Translations under genes and position numbers: made by a program | Notes under the pieces: model-generated | Seen by the model: only the letters and a program-made list of their open reading frames with translations | Databases searched by the model: none | What the model was told of the DNA's origin: nothing | Shown: positions 63,903-64,000 of the stretch, piece by piece | Layout: every line of letters begins with the position of its first letter | How positions within the stretch are numbered: position 1 is the first letter of the stretch | NCBI GenBank assembly: GCA_964557115.1 | Contig: CAZKYO010000004.1 | Coordinates: 53,892-117,891, forward strand | Direction of reading: 5' to 3' | DNA: 64,000 nt | DNA from: an uncultured Gemmatimonadaceae bacterium | GTDB lineage: Bacteria; Gemmatimonadota; Gemmatimonadetes; Gemmatimonadales; GWC2-71-9

Positions 63903-64000
63903 ATGCCCCGTCCCGGAGACCGCCGCGGCGCCACGCTGCTCCTGACGATGCTGATGATCGTGCTCCTGCTCGTCGCCATCACCGCCTCATTCATGCGCGC
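63903..64000 (+). CDS. PilX-like minor pilin, 5' fragment (runs off window)
   Basis: MPRPGDRRGATLLLTMLMIVLLLVAITASFMR: hydrophobic N-terminal helix without a Gly-Phe cleavage motif, as in PilX-type proteins. Truncated by the window edge. Confidence 0.45.
   Translation, partial: MPRPGDRRGATLLLTMLMIVLLLVAITASFMR

Overview
Very high-GC (about 70% by eye) bacterial chromosomal segment. The gene content and repeat peptide signatures suggest a Gemmatimonadota-like soil lineage, but that is inference only. I support about 57 protein genes and find no rRNA, tRNA or CRISPR array. Most long antisense ORFs in the six-frame track are GC-driven shadow ORFs. Recognisable content, left to right: GH27 alpha-galactosidase, CcdC-like protein, M1 peptidase; a decayed integron integrase next to a ~50% GC island carrying a RibD_C/DHFR-like gene; a split mutasome locus (imuB ... 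tag-dnaE2); a blaI-blaR1-like operon whose sensor is HEAT repeats; an ECF sigma operon with two CBM48-like proteins; cls, DUF72, TetR, ispH; a Fis-type regulator divergent from a multi-TM protein with an MCP signalling domain; a DEAH helicase; an LVIVD/FG-GAP propeller protein; a pterin/pABA cluster (PTPS, PCD, pabB, pabA); pfkA; cytochrome c; a TrmB plus Hpt-REC-GGDEF module; lon; a Ser/Thr kinase; a fused E1 alpha/beta dehydrogenase; an amidohydrolase; and a minor-pilin cluster running off the right edge. I see no classical defence or toxin system. The most unusual signal is a dispersed set of at least 13 elements made of tandem 7-nt units, most of them paired inverted tracts (palindromes) and two unpaired. 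The unit sequence differs between loci, but all fit one heptad template, N-(T/G)-T-C-N-C-N. They sit at gene ends and, strikingly, inside the reading frames of lon, dnaE2, pabB and the imuB tail without breaking them. All coordinates were read by hand; repeat boundaries are good to a few nt. Family calls rest on motifs recognised from memory, not on searches.
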